Source: Cetorhinus maximus
Taxonomy: Eukaryota
Assembly: GCF_964194155.1 (NCBI RefSeq)
Contig: NC_135896.1
Span: 57,350,001 to 57,414,000, forward strand
Direction: 5' to 3'
DNA: 64,000 nt
Position 1 is the stretch's first letter. Each line of letters opens with the position of its first letter. Below the pieces are notes generated by a model, which was not told the DNA's origin, did not search any database, and saw only the letters and a program-made list of their open reading frames with translations. The translations under genes were made by a program, and so were the position numbers. This document shows, piece after piece, positions 1-12,124 of the stretch.

Positions 1-9
1 TTTTAGTGA

Positions 10-860
10 CTTTTTTTATTTATTCATTTATAGGATGTGGACATTGCTGAGTGGACTAGCATTTAATGCCCAACACTAACTGCCCTTGAGAAGGTGGTGG
101 TAAGCACCTTCTTGAACTACTGCAGTCCGTGTGGCGTAGGTACACCCACAGTGCTGTTATGAATGGAGTTCCAGGATTTTGACCCAGCAACAATGAAGGA
201 AGGGTGATATAGTTCCAAGTCAGGATGATTTGTGGCTTTGATGGGAACTTGGAGGTGGCGGTGTTCCCATGCATCTGCTGCCCTTGTCCTTCTAGGTGGT
301 AGCGATTATAGATTTGGAAGGTGCTGTCGAAGAAGCCTTGGTGAGTGTCTGCAGTGCATCTTGTAGATGGTACACACTGCTGCCACTATGCCTCAGTGGT
401 GGAGGGAGGCTACGGTTAAGCTGGTGGATGGGGTGCCAATCAAGCGGGCTGCTTTTTCCTGGATGGTGTTGAGTTTCTTGAGTGTTGTTGGAGCTGCACT
501 CATCCAGACAAGTGGAGAGTATTCCATCACACTCCTGACGTGTGCCTTGTAGATGGTGGACAGACTTTGGGGAGTCAGGAGCTGAGTTACTTGCTGCAGA
601 ATTCCCAGCCTCTGACCTACTCTTGTAGCCACAGTATTTATACAGCTCAGTTTCTGGTCAATGGTAATTCCCCAGGATGTTGATAGTGGGGGATTCAGCA
701 GGGGTAATGCCATTGAACGTTAAGGGGAGGTAGATAGATTCCCTATTGTTGGAGATGATCATTGCCTGGCACGTGTGTGGCTCAAACGTAACTTGCCATT
801 TAGCAACCAAGTCTGAATAATGTCCAGGTCTTGTGGCATATGGACACAGGCTGCATGGGG
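10..860 (-). mobile_element. 3' fragment of a CR1-group (Zenon-like) LINE, same family as 52190-59305
   Basis: ORF 393..713(-) 'GQRLGILQQVTQLLTPQSLSTIYKAHVRSVMEYSPLVWMSAAPTTLKKL' closely matches ORF 58685..59011. The reverse complement of 10-110 matches that LINE's 3' tail (caagggcag...gggcattaaatgct...cacatcc...aataaaaaaa). Confidence 0.85.
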
Positions 861-869
861 ACTATATTT

Positions 870-3800
870 AGGCCTACATTGGTAAGGCATTTTTTGGCAG
901 TCTTTTCCTCATGGCTAGTAGGATTGACTGTCGTCAACAGATGTCATGAAAGATAATTTGCTGGATTGAGCTTGCCTGGCTGATACTCAACATGGAATTT
1001 GTATTCTTGTAGTTTGAGCATCAAAACACCCTATTTGATTGAGTAGTTTACTATATAGATTGTTGAACAAGCTTACTAGCAATCTATGGTCGGTTACTCA
1101 AACTTGCCTCCACACAAATAGACATGAAAATGTAAGATACCCCAGGTGACTGAGACCGCTTCTCTTTGTGAATAACTTTGCTCTATGGGTGTGAGGGATC
1201 TGCTTGCCATGGCAGTGATTGATGGGTTACTGTCTTGTCTTTTTGCATGAGAACTGAACCTAAACCAAAGGGTTTGCATCCATCACTAGTTGGGTGGTTT
1301 ACACAGGATCAAAATAGATATTTGTGCAACTTGCTGACAACCATTGGTTGATCTGGTGTGCAGCCTGTTTGTGTGATGTAGCTCACTCCCACTTGGTGGT
1401 TTATTTTGTCAGATCACATAGGGGAAAATAACACAGCAAGGTCAGGAATGAAGTGCGACAGTACATGATGAGTCTGAGCAGACTCGGGACTTCCTGCATG
1501 TTCATAGGATTTGCAGCTTTTGCAATGGCTTCAATTTTCCATAATCAGATGATACCCCTTCACGACTGGACACATGACCAAAGAATTTGATTCTGCTTTC
1601 AATGAACAAGCACTTGTCTTTTTTCAGCGTGAGGTTACATTCTCTAAGGTATTATAGACATGTGTGTAGGTATGTCTCAAGTTAATTTTCAGTCCAACTG
1701 TTGTAGGGTGTTGGATACTGTTCAGTAGGTTTACTGCAGTCTTCATAGTTAAGTTGGTTAACTGCATGTATTTAGAAACTATAAGAACTATGTACATATG
1801 TACAGTAAAGAGTTCAAGCTAAGAGCTCTCTCCATGCTTGCATGTGGACACAGCTCTGTCCAACACTAGACCGACCCTTAGGTGCAGGTCATGTGTTCTC
1901 CTACTTCACTGTGTGGGCAGTACTGTATTTGTCCCATGTTAACCCTATATATGCCAAACCCTTTTACTAGACCTTCTTCCAAGCCTTTATCCAATGTATT
2001 TCAAGTTATTCTAGTTTACCCTTGTATTTACATTATTATTACTACCCCATCTCCTCCCACCAAGTCTCTGACTTCATTGTTTCAGGCAGTCTGGGGGCCT
2101 TATAACCCTTTCATGTCTTGTTCGCACTACTGTCAGAGGAGTGGTAGGCTCCGTCGTTGCAGGTAAACTGTTGATTTGGAGGTTGTTCTGGCATCTGGGT
2201 ATCTTTATTCTCTCTTTCCATTTCTTGGTATTTACCGCTCCTTGTCTATTCACCCATTGTGGTGATAGATGGTTGTTGTTCCATCCCGTTTGTTGTGGGA
2301 TAAACGAACGTTGTGCTCACCTCCATATTGTTTTTTCCTCTTCTTTTGTCGTGTAGGTCATTGGGATGTACTCTCTAATGGAAAATGGCCTTTCCTGTTA
2401 TCAGGATGTGGTTTCTTCAGTTAGCTCACGTTTGCATTTGGTTGTGTGGTGTGCTGTCAGTAATGGATGGCTGGTACTTGGATCCAGCATTGTCTGTGGC
2501 ACTGTCATGCTGGCTGAGAGTTGTTGAGTTTGCTCTGTGGCCGCAGTGTTGATCTCATCAACAGTCATCAGAGCCAGAGGTTGGGGCACTTCTTGTTGTT
2601 GGTTGCTCTCTTGTCTACCCTCCACTGGAGACGTCATGGTAAATATCTGAGTGGTTGGCTGGCCTGACCAATGAGGGCTTTCTGACATCTGTAACGAAAA
2701 TGGACAAACCTACTCTGCAAAGAGAGAAGACAGTTCAGAGCTGAAGTCCCAGTCAAGATACTCTTTCTTGTTTGAGCTCTTGGGAACTTGCAGTTCTGCA
2801 TAATTTATGACAGTTCTTGTCTTTGCCTCTTCTCATTTTGAGGAGATTCAGGGCCATATGGGCATCTGTGCTTCGGGCGCTAACTCAGGAATCTGATTTT
2901 CCGACGGAGTTTTTAAACGGCAATTTCTGACCACTGAACTATTTACAAGTTTCTCAGGACTTGCTTTATCCTGGAATTTAAAAGTTTTAGTTCATCCCTG
3001 CTCAGCCTGCTGACTCTCCGCTCTGTGAATTGAAGCTGAACTTCCAAGAAATCCTATGGAGTCTTCTACTGCTGTGAGGAACTTAAACTTCTGCCTCCAG
3101 CTTCCAAGCGTTTCTTTGGAGCTTTACCCTGGTGAGTTTCCTCTGTGCGTCTGCTTCTTGAGCTTTTCTTCAGATCAGGAAGCTCCTTTGAATTTCTGTT
3201 TAGTTTTACTGGATTTTAGTTTCTCTCTGCAAGGTTTTGGGTTTTTGCATTCGCTGCCATCAAGTTGTAGGGTTTTGGATACTGTTCAGATGCATAATGA
3301 AGTCTTCGTAGTCTCAAGTAGGTTAACTGTTTGTATTTATTAACTACAAGAATTATGTACATACATACAGTAAAGGGTTCAAGCTGGGAGCTGTCTCCAT
3401 GCTTGCTTGTGCACACAGTTCTGTCCAACACTAGACTGACCTCTAAGTGCGGTCCTGTGTTCTCTTATATCACTATGTGGCCGGTAATGTACTCAGACTC
3501 ATGTTAATCCTATGTGTGTCAGACCCTTATACCACACCAGCCATAGATGAGAAAGTCATCACTGATGTTCAGCTTGCCTTCAAGTCCTTGAATTGCAGAC
3601 TGAGTCATGTGCTCAAATACCTCAGCTGCTGAAATAACTTCAAATTTCAGCCTCTTGTATTGAAAAAAGTCCGATGTGAGTGGAGAATACTGTAAGATAC
3701 CTTGATTCTTCAGTTCCAAGGTAAATTTATGACCTGCTTTTTTTTAAAAATCCCAGGTTAGCATCCAGATGACCAGATCATGCCAGGTCCTTCCATTTTG

Positions 3801-4420
3801 TAAAAGAAAATTTCAGCCTTGAGAGATATGATTCTAACACTTTGGAGGTGGTTTCCTGACACATGAGCAATGAACAGTGTTCTCAGGAGTTAAACTTGGA
3901 TTGTGTAGTTAATGTTGGAAGCCTTAACTTCAGTAGCTCTGGGCTCTGAAAGTGATAGTGAACTTGTTAACTCCAACAACTTGGACAGCTTTCTGTCTTT
4001 CTCAAGGGTTTTTCGGTTTAGTTGGCTGGAGAGACAACCTTTGACTATGTATGTTTTGATTTCTTATTTGATATTTTCAACATCACCAAAGTCGCATTTG
4101 GTTGCTAATTGCCTCAATCAAATATAATATTGTTCAATTCTCATTTACTTCTTGCTTAGTGCATCAGAAGACAATTGATTTATATATTATACTTTTCTTG
4201 GGCATGAAATAGGTTGCTAATGCATTTTTGCTTCATAGTCAATTTGCTCAGCTGTAAGTGTCTCAAAAATATCTTCCAATTCTTCACCTCCATACTGGAG
4301 AAGTAAGGCTGTCTTTCTTTTCTCACCTTTGATTGCAAAACCTGCCATTGTGCCTTTGAAACATCACAGCTACTTCTGCCAATGTGGGAATACCGATGAT
4401 GGCTCCTAATGCACATCGAA
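870..4420 (-). mobile_element. Decayed Ty3/Gypsy pol (RT and RNase H), split by the element at 1699-3536
   Basis: RT motif 'FQYKRLKFEVISAAEVF...NISDDFLIYG' (3519..3719-). RNase H motif 'ASRSLTPIEQSYSQRE...WGILHFHVYL' (1094..1279-). Many stops and frameshifts. Confidence 0.8.
1699..3536 (-). mobile_element. Non-autonomous LTR retrotransposon with two ~273-bp LTRs, PBS, PPT and 5-bp TSD
   Basis: Direct repeats at 1699-1971 and 3263-3536, outer termini TG...CA. TSD ccaac/ccagc (1694-1698, 3537-3541). On the minus strand, a PBS-like 'tggcagcg' follows the 5' LTR and purine-rich 'ggaagaagg' precedes the 3' LTR. No pol motifs inside. Confidence 0.8.
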
Positions 4421-4529
4421 AAGTGATAGAATGGGCAGACAGTGCCATTTGATCAGAAACACCGTGATGGTGTGTGGTCAAAGATCCGGGAGTGCATTTC
4501 TTTCAAAAAGAAACTTCTCTGTAACGATA

Positions 4530-4727
4530 CAAGATTGAGGCTGAAATGCTCAACTCATTTGAAGGGCACCTGGATCTGTACCTGATGTGCTGCAACCTGC
4601 AAGGCTACGGACCGAAAATTGGAATTAAAGTGAGTAGCTAGTTTTTTTTTCCCTTCCTTTTTTGGCTGGCGCATACACGATGGGCTGAATGGCCTCGTTC
4701 TGTGCCATAACTTTTCTATGGTTCTAT
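4530..4727 (+). mobile_element. CR1/HER1-type LINE 3' end
   Basis: 'gggctgaatggcctcgttctgtgccataacttttctatggttctat' matches the tail of the long CR1 at 58640-58690. Confidence 0.85.
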
Positions 4728-5442
4728 TTTATTTTGATTGTATGATATCAGTGTGTGTGTGTGACTGTGTGTTTGTTTGCATTGTGCAGCTTTTCTGATG
4801 TTAATTTCAAGCTGGAGTGCCCCCAATTGTGTCTAACACAGCCTTCTGCTTTCTAAATCTCCAACTTAAAATGCTATTAGGAAAAAGTAAACAAATACCT
4901 TCTAAAAGTGGCCCACCTGAAAGCAATGTTTCTTATTCCTCACCATTCTCATTGCCATTGTGAAATTTTTAGGAAGATACTAAAATATTCAGTAAGAAGC
5001 AATCAGAATCAGAGCTGTTAAAACATGGATCCTTTATTTTATTTCGCTGCAGACTCTGCTGATATATATGTATATGGTAACCTCAGGTGGATTCAAAGCA
5101 CAATGCAATTTTCAATACACTACAGATTGGGAGAGACAGCTAGTACTAGAGTAAGAAATAGGAAGGTATTTTGTGGACTGAGACTAAGAAGGAATGTAAT
5201 AAAATCCAGTTCACATTTACAGTGCATGTGTATAGACACAAAAGCTTTAATATAGCCACATGGCAATATGAGGTGGTGGCGATAATGGCAATCTAGTTCA
5301 ATAAAGGGCAGAACCGGGTACTAAATATGCCTGGATGCAAGATGTTCAGAAGACATTGGGAAAGGAAGAAAGTAGGAAGGGTGGCCATGTGAATTAAGGA
5401 GAATATTGTATTTCTGGAGAAAGAGAATATTCTGGGCATACA

Positions 5443-5810
5443 AACATATGAACAAGGAACAGAAGTAGGCCATTCAGCCTCTAGAGCCTGCTCTGCCAAT
5501 CAATAAGATCATGCTGATCTGATAGTAACTTCAAATCTGCATCCCGCCTTTCCCGATAACCTATCACCGCCTTGCTTACCAAGAATCTATCCACCACTGC
5601 TTTAAAAATATTCAAAAACTCTGTTCCCACTGTCTTTTCAGGAAGAGTTCCAAAGATTCATGACCATCTGAGAGAAAAACATTTCTCCTCATCTCCATTT
5701 TAAATGGGTGACGCCTTATTTTTAGGCAGTGACCCCTAGTTCTAGATTCTCCTACAGGAGGGAACATCTTCTCCACATCCACCCTGTCAAGACACCCCAG
5801 GACCTTATAT
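5443..5810 (-). mobile_element. CR1 3' end fragment (antisense)
   Basis: 'aacaaggaacagaagtaggccattcagcctctagagcctgct...gagttccaaagattca' is the reverse complement of a CR1 tail and closely matches 37471-37830. Confidence 0.85.
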
Positions 5811-6115
5811 GGAGTTTTAGATCAGCTATGGAAAAGGTCATTGAGCAAATTAGGGTACAAGTATTTAATTGGGGGAGGGGCAATTTCTGTTCCAGGTAAG
5901 TTGGAATCAAAGAATGGTCAGCAAAATTGCAATGAATAATGGGCTGCCTTTTAAAGGATATGGTTCAGGTATAGTCAAAGTACATTCCCATGAGGGGAGA
6001 AGGTAGAGCAACCAGAGCAAGAGCTCCCTGGATGACAAAAGAGATAGGAATAAAATGAAGCAGCAAAATGTTCCAAATGACAGATGTCAGGTTTTTTTTA
6101 ACATAAGTGAGACCA

Positions 6116-7488
6116 GGGCCAGATTTTCATCTCCCGATGGAAGTGGAAATGATGGGGGAAAAGCTAAAATCTTGACATTTTTCACTGCAAAAACAGATTT
6201 CCTCTCCCTTCCCAATCCCACAGTATTTTTGTGTGGCCTTTTCATGGGTTGGGAAGGCCTTGAGTCAAAATCCAGCAGACACCTCAGCAGAGGTCAGGGG
6301 TCGCCATTTTGAGCCCTATCGCAAATTTGAACTTCCTCCCAACAGGTATATTCAGGTTCATCATGGGGCTCTGTCCTGAAAAGATAAGTTGACTATTATG
6401 TTGACCGGCACTGTTTAAGTGTTGAGATACAATACGTTGTGCCATAATGCATTCAAAACTGTGGCAAAGTGTGCTGGAAAAAAATCCAGGCATGTTTTGG
6501 ATTGTGATTTAAATGTCAGGCGATCTTTAGCTTTGAAAAACAAATGTCCTGCTGTTGGCAGTAAAAAAACACCCTAAGCACCTGCTCCACGCCATTGATT
6601 GACAGGCAACCTGCTTTGAAATGGAAATTAAACACCATGTGCAGCTTTAAACAGGCCATTTTTTTTGCAGTTTTAATAGAATCCATTGTTTAGATTTCCC
6701 AGGATTATTGCAGCTGAGCCTTTTTGATTCCTTGTCTGAGTTTCAAAAGCTCCAGAACCACTTATCTCAGCCGGGGGCTGTGTTCACCTTTTGATGAACA
6801 GTTTTAAGAGGTTATTAAAGGATTATCTGTCTTTGATATGGTTAGTGATAAGTGTTGGTCTGTTTTTTTACAACAGATTGACCAATGAGGGAATTTTATG
6901 AAGGAGTATTTTTTCAACATGAAATGTAATTGAATGAAAGCTCTATGAGATTGTGGAAGTTTATTTTTTTTAATGTGCATTTGAAAGACACCCTGAGCTC
7001 TGCCCATAGTGGATACTGGGTGAGTGGCTATGAAGGATACAAAGGATACAATGGGGGAGGAGGCGGAGTGTATGCATGGAGGGAACGTGAAGGGGCCATC
7101 GTGTGCATTAGGGTCATGGGGAGTATGAGGGGGCCATGGGGACTATGATGGGGCATGAAGAGAGAATGTGGCTGTGTGGGGGGTATGAAGGGCATGGAGG
7201 GGACATGTGGTGTATGAGAGAGCCTGGAGGGGAATGGGGTGTGGATGGAGGATGAGGGGTGAGGTTTAGGAGAAATAATAATAATGTTGGGGGATGAATT
7301 GTTGTCCCCAAGAACTGAGACATACCTTTTAACCAATCTGCCTCTGCACCCACTCCCCTCCCACATTACATCATGGCCCCCAAAACCCATCTGCTTCCCA
7401 CCCACATCTCTCAGAGTTGGACTCAGGTTTCAGAAGCCCAAAAATGGCCCAACTCACTTTTCCTGAGCCCAAGACAAAAATTTGGGCC
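6116..7488. mobile_element. PIF/Harbinger-type non-autonomous DNA transposon (~1.37 kb)
   Basis: TIRs gggccagatttt / aaaatttgggcc with 3-bp TSD cca (6113-6115, 7489-7491). The host CR1 is continuous across it. Confidence 0.7.
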
Positions 7489-7964
7489 CCAGGCTCAATA
7501 TAAAAATTCCAGAGGGGAAGTGATAAAGGAAATAAAAGGGGCATAGAGAGTATATGAGAAGAAATTGACAGTGAACATAAAGTGGAAGTCAAAAGTCTTC
7601 TCCCGGTAGATAAATAGTCAAAAGATAGTAAGAGGAGGGGTGGGACCAATTTGGAAGTGAAATTGAGCCAACGAATGGAGGCAGTTGTCCTTAGCAAGGA
7701 GGAGGATGCTGCCAATGTCACAGTGAAAGAGGAGGTTGTTGAGATACTCGGGGGCCAAAATAAAATGATAGAGTGGAGGGATTAGAAATGTGGGTTGTGT
7801 TAAAATTTGATAAGTCATTCAGACTGAAGGGATGCATTTGAGGATGAGATTGGAAATTGCAGAGGTATTGGCCACAATCTTCCAACTTTCTTGTTAATTG
7901 AATATTAATTGTGTTGAATTGTATCCAGGTGTTGGGCATTAATTTGGGATGTGCTAATGTCCTA

Positions 7965-8310
7965 TGCAGGGATGATATTTCCTCTGGCTGGGGGTCTAGA
8001 CCAAGGGGTCATAGTCTCAATCTCAGGATATATGGTAGATTATTTAGGACTGAGATGAGGAGAAGTTTCTTCACACAGAGAGTGGTGAATCTATGGAATT
8101 CTCTACCACAGAAGGCTGTGGAGGCCAAGTTGCTGAATATATTTAAGAAGGAAATTGATAGATTTCTGGACTCTAAAGGTGTCAAGGGTTATGGGGAGAC
8201 CACAGGATGTACAGCATTGAGATAGAGGATCAGCCATGATTATATTGAATGACAGAGCAGGCTCAAAGGGCCGAATGACCTACTCCTGCTCCTATTTTCT
8301 ATGTTTCTAT
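7965..8310 (+). mobile_element. CR1 3' end fragment
   Basis: 'RGHSL...FRTEMRRSFFTQRVVNLWNSLPQKAVEA...FKKEIDRFL' followed by tail 'gggccgaatgacctactcctgctcctattttctatgtttctat'. Confidence 0.9.
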
Positions 8311-8474
8311 AAATGGACACAGATTGACACTATGGTTGTTGGGTTACGAGGTGTAGGGAGCATCTGATTTGTAATTCTGTAATTAAATACTTTTTAAAAA
8401 GTGTATAAAGACAAGTTCTATCCTTCAATAACTGATTTTCTGGGTTATAGCACCCCTTAGGTATAAGGGTGTAC

Positions 8475-10405
8475 TATAGGACTGGAGAATTGCAGATGTT
8501 ACACCTTTGTTTAAAAAAAAGTATAAGGATGAATTCAGCAACAAGAGGCCCCTTAGCTTAAGCTCTATGGTAGGAATTGTTTTAGAAATGGTAATTTGGG
8601 ACAAAATTGGGCCATTGTAGATTAATTAACAAAGCCATCACTGATCTGTTAGAGACAATTGTTTAACTAACTTGATTTAGTGCTGTATTTTAATGAGATA
8701 ACGGGGTTGCTGAAGGTAATGCGGGTGTATATGGGTTTCCAAAAGGTGGTTGATAAAGTTCCACATAACAGGCTTGTTAACACAACTGAAGTCCATGAAA
8801 TGAAAGGGACAGTGGCAGTATGGATATGAAGCTAATGGAGTGCCAGGAAACAGACTGACAGTGATCAGTTTTTTGGATTGAAGGAAGGTACAGTGGTGTT
8901 CTCCAGAGGTTGACAGTAGCTTTTCTTGGTATATATTAATGACTTGGGTGTGGGTGTACAGGGCACAATTTTGAAATTTGTAGATGACACAAAATTTGGA
9001 TGTATAATAAAATGTGAGATGGGTCATCATATACTTAGAGGATATAGGCAAGCTGATGAAATGTGTGGATATGTAGAGGTTGCATGTTGGGTCCAGTGCC
9101 CTTGGTTGTAGGTCTAAAAGATCCAGGTTGCATGCTTGTTTCAGGGTGACCGAGTTGGTACAGAGACAGAGAACATCCGGAGATTGTTGTTAGAATAAAC
9201 ACATGCTGTTTATTGACAAACTAAACTCTGCAGTTACACTTGTGTGCTGACAACACAAAACTCTGTCTTCACTCATCAGTGACTAACTCAAGACTCTCCC
9301 ACATAGAGGTAGCCCACGTTACTCTGCTATTTGTTATTAAGGTCATGTGACCTTACATTACAATACTTGTCTTAAAGGTATATTATATATCCGATTACAA
9401 TTTATTGCTTAAAACTAAAGTGGTACATTTTTGTAGCAAGAATGAGGAGAGGCAATATGGACTGAAGGATGCAATTCTATTAGGGCTGCAGGAACAGAGA
9501 ACATTAGATGGAGTGGAGCATATGGCGTTGTTGTTTAGTATGATCATGGCTGATCTGTCTCAACTGCACTTTTCTGCCTTCTCCCCTTATTCCTTCATTC
9601 CCTGAGAGATCAAAAGTCGATCACAACCTTGAATATACTCGATGATGGAGCACCCACAATCCTCTGGGGTAGAACATTCCAAAGATTCATAATCCTGTGA
9701 GTGAAGCACCTTCCCTTCATCTCATTCCTAAATAATTGATCCAAGGTTAATAATCCTTGGACTATGAATAGTCAAATCACAGTATCGTTATAGCACAGAA
9801 GGAGGTCATTTGGCTTGTTGTGTCTGTACCAGCTCTCCATAGGAGCAATTTATCTAGTACCACCCCACTGCCTTCTCTCCATAGCCCTGCACATTCTTGC
9901 TTTTCAGATAATAAACCAAGAGAAGATTTGAAAAAATGGCTCCAGTGATAGGGGATTGCAGCCATGTAGACAAAGTGGAGAAGCTGGTGTTGTTTCTTTA
10001 GAGAAGAGAAGAGAAGGTTGAGAAGAGATTTGAAAGAGATGCTCAAAACCATGAGAGCTCTGGACAGAGTAGATAGTGAGAAACTGTTCTGATTGGCAGA
10101 ATGGTCAAGAACCAGAGTGAGCACAGTTGAAGTGAATATCAAATGAGCTAAAGGTGACATGAGGGAAAAATGTTTTTATGCAGCGAGTGGTTAGAATCTG
10201 GAATACACTGCCTGAAAGTATGATGGGGGCAGATTCAATTGTGGCTTTCAAAGGGAAGTTGGATAAGCACCTTCAGGGAATTAAAATACTGTAGGGTTTT
10301 GGGGAAAGGACTGTGGAGTGAATCTAATTAAATTGCTTTTGCAGAGAGCTAATATGGGCTTGGTGGGCTGAATGGCCTCTTTCAGTGCTATAACCATTCT
10401 ATGAT
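8475..10405 (+). mobile_element. Degenerate CR1 RT to 3' end, with nested antisense CR1 tails (~9540-9760, ~9775-9910)
   Basis: 'YINDLGVGVQGTILKFVDDTK' (8926..9111) and tail 'gggctgaatggcctctttcagtgctataaccattctatgatgcta'. Confidence 0.75.
9085..9399. mobile_element. Probable solo LTR (~315 bp) inserted in CR1 RT
   Basis: Non-CR1 block with TG...CA termini and polyA-signal-like aataaa/tttatt, interrupting 'gttgca|atttattg'. No clear TSD. Confidence 0.4.
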
Positions 10406-10409
10406 GCTA

Positions 10410-11820
10410 AGGCATCCCATGGTTTCTCTGTTTTTCTGCTCTACTGCCACCCAGCTTAAACTGTCCCATTTAAAATAGGCATTAAAGGTCAGAAAAGCTA
10501 TCACCTGCCCCCTTCTCTCCTTCCTGCCATTGTCCAGGAAGATATGCTTTTTTTTTGCATGGGGGTTGGTCTTTATGTTTTTTCATCACAAGAGGATGAA
10601 GAAGAATAAAAGTTGTTATGCCAGGGTGATCAAATGGCGCCTGAGCTCAGCACCTGCTATTGTGCCTGCAAACTTATCTCCAGAGCTGGACAGAACTACC
10701 TGGAAATGATAAAAGAGAACTGATGCTGCAAGCTTAAATTGAGCAGGGAAGCATTTGTCATCATTTGCAAGGATGACCAAAGTCATCCTGCACCATAGAA
10801 ATGGCATTGAGAGGGGCAGTCAAGACCACCTCTGTTCTCAACTTTTATTGTATCTCCTTCCATCCAGACTCAAATAGAGAACAAATGCAGGTTCTGCTGC
10901 TGATAGATATACTAAACAGGTAAATGATATATTGCAGAGCAGGATTGACACATGTATTTCCTTTCCTGGTGAATAGAAGCAACAGGAGCAGGACATGGCT
11001 TTCCAATCTCATTGCACTACTGAATTGTCCCACTATGTGTGCTGTTAGTCACATTTGGCACCCATGGCATCATCCAGCAGGAGGTTCCTGCCCCTACTTC
11101 GACACTGCTACTTGCTTCTTCTCACCTGTGAAATATGATTGACATGCTGCCACCTCCTCAAGCTATTTCTACACACCTTGTGCTACTGTGTTGAAACTGA
11201 GGAAAGTGGTGTAGAGTGCTACATTGCTTGGGGCCACAAGCAGTATTGACAGATTGCTCTTCTACACCAACAGTAAAGGAAGAGAAACAGACATTACAAT
11301 GCTCGGTCTGAGATACCTTCAAATAGGGCTTGCATAGTAATACACTGGGCAGTGCTTCTGCAGTTGTGTGTATGCCTCTGTCAGAATGATTGAAGTTGGA
11401 TTATCTCACAAAGTGGTGTTAAAGAGGGGTAATCATTTCAAGATGGAGGTGGTAGACTGCACCGTTAACACCAGTGTTCCAGAATGAAACAATTTTGAAA
11501 GGGGCTGACCCCAGAAACAAGGGGCATGATTATGACCATTGCAAATTAAAGATGTAGCTAGGCCCCAAATTGTAATTTTAAAGTGTGTTGCATCTTTCTG
11601 GCAATTTAGAAAATGGCCACAAAGCATTTTTAATCTTGTAGTTTTGTGGAACTGGAAGGAATCCAGCTGATATTTCTGTAGCCTAAAATGGACGAGCTGC
11701 CTCAGGATGCCCATTTGGTGTCCTCAACTCACTGCTCAGAGCCAAATGTTTATAATTGGAATGGGAAGCAGGCTGTTAAGAGTTCTCCATTGTCCTCATC
11801 CCCATCCCCAGCCCCTCAAA
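10410..11820 (+). mobile_element. Highly decayed Harbinger (HARBI1-like) transposase remnant
   Basis: 10805-10870 translates as ALRGAVKTTSVLNFYCISFH, resembling the HARBI1-type motif ALPVAVKVT.ALNFYASGSFQ. The rest is too degraded to align; boundaries are uncertain. Confidence 0.35.
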
Positions 11821-12124
11821 AAAATAAAATCTAACTTGTTGAGTGAGTAGGAGGAATAAACTGAAAAGAGCATGTTAGTACCATCTTAAGGAAACTTTTG
11901 ACTTCACCTTCTCCTACTAACTCAAGACTCTTGTCACCAAAAGCTTCCAGGTTGGCCTATGCAAAGGAAGTCAAGGCCTTCCTCCAGTTTGTTTGTTCTC
12001 TTTTATCATGTGTTACTTTTGTACTCCAGGTAAAGGAGTACTCTAGAGATGTACTTAAGTTTAAGCAGTACAGAGAGTGACATATATTCCCAACCTGTAC
12101 CCCCATCCCATTCTGTGTAATAAC

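Larger units (their letters stand above)
5240..7900 (+). mobile_element. Degenerate CR1 ORF2 (APE-linker) fragment with nested insertions
   Basis: Collinear similarity to the CR1 at 55870-57200 (e.g. 'gggtggccatgtgaattaaggagaatatt', 'ccctggatgacaaaagagatagg', 'gatgcatttgaggatgag...gaaattgcagagg'). Confidence 0.65.
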
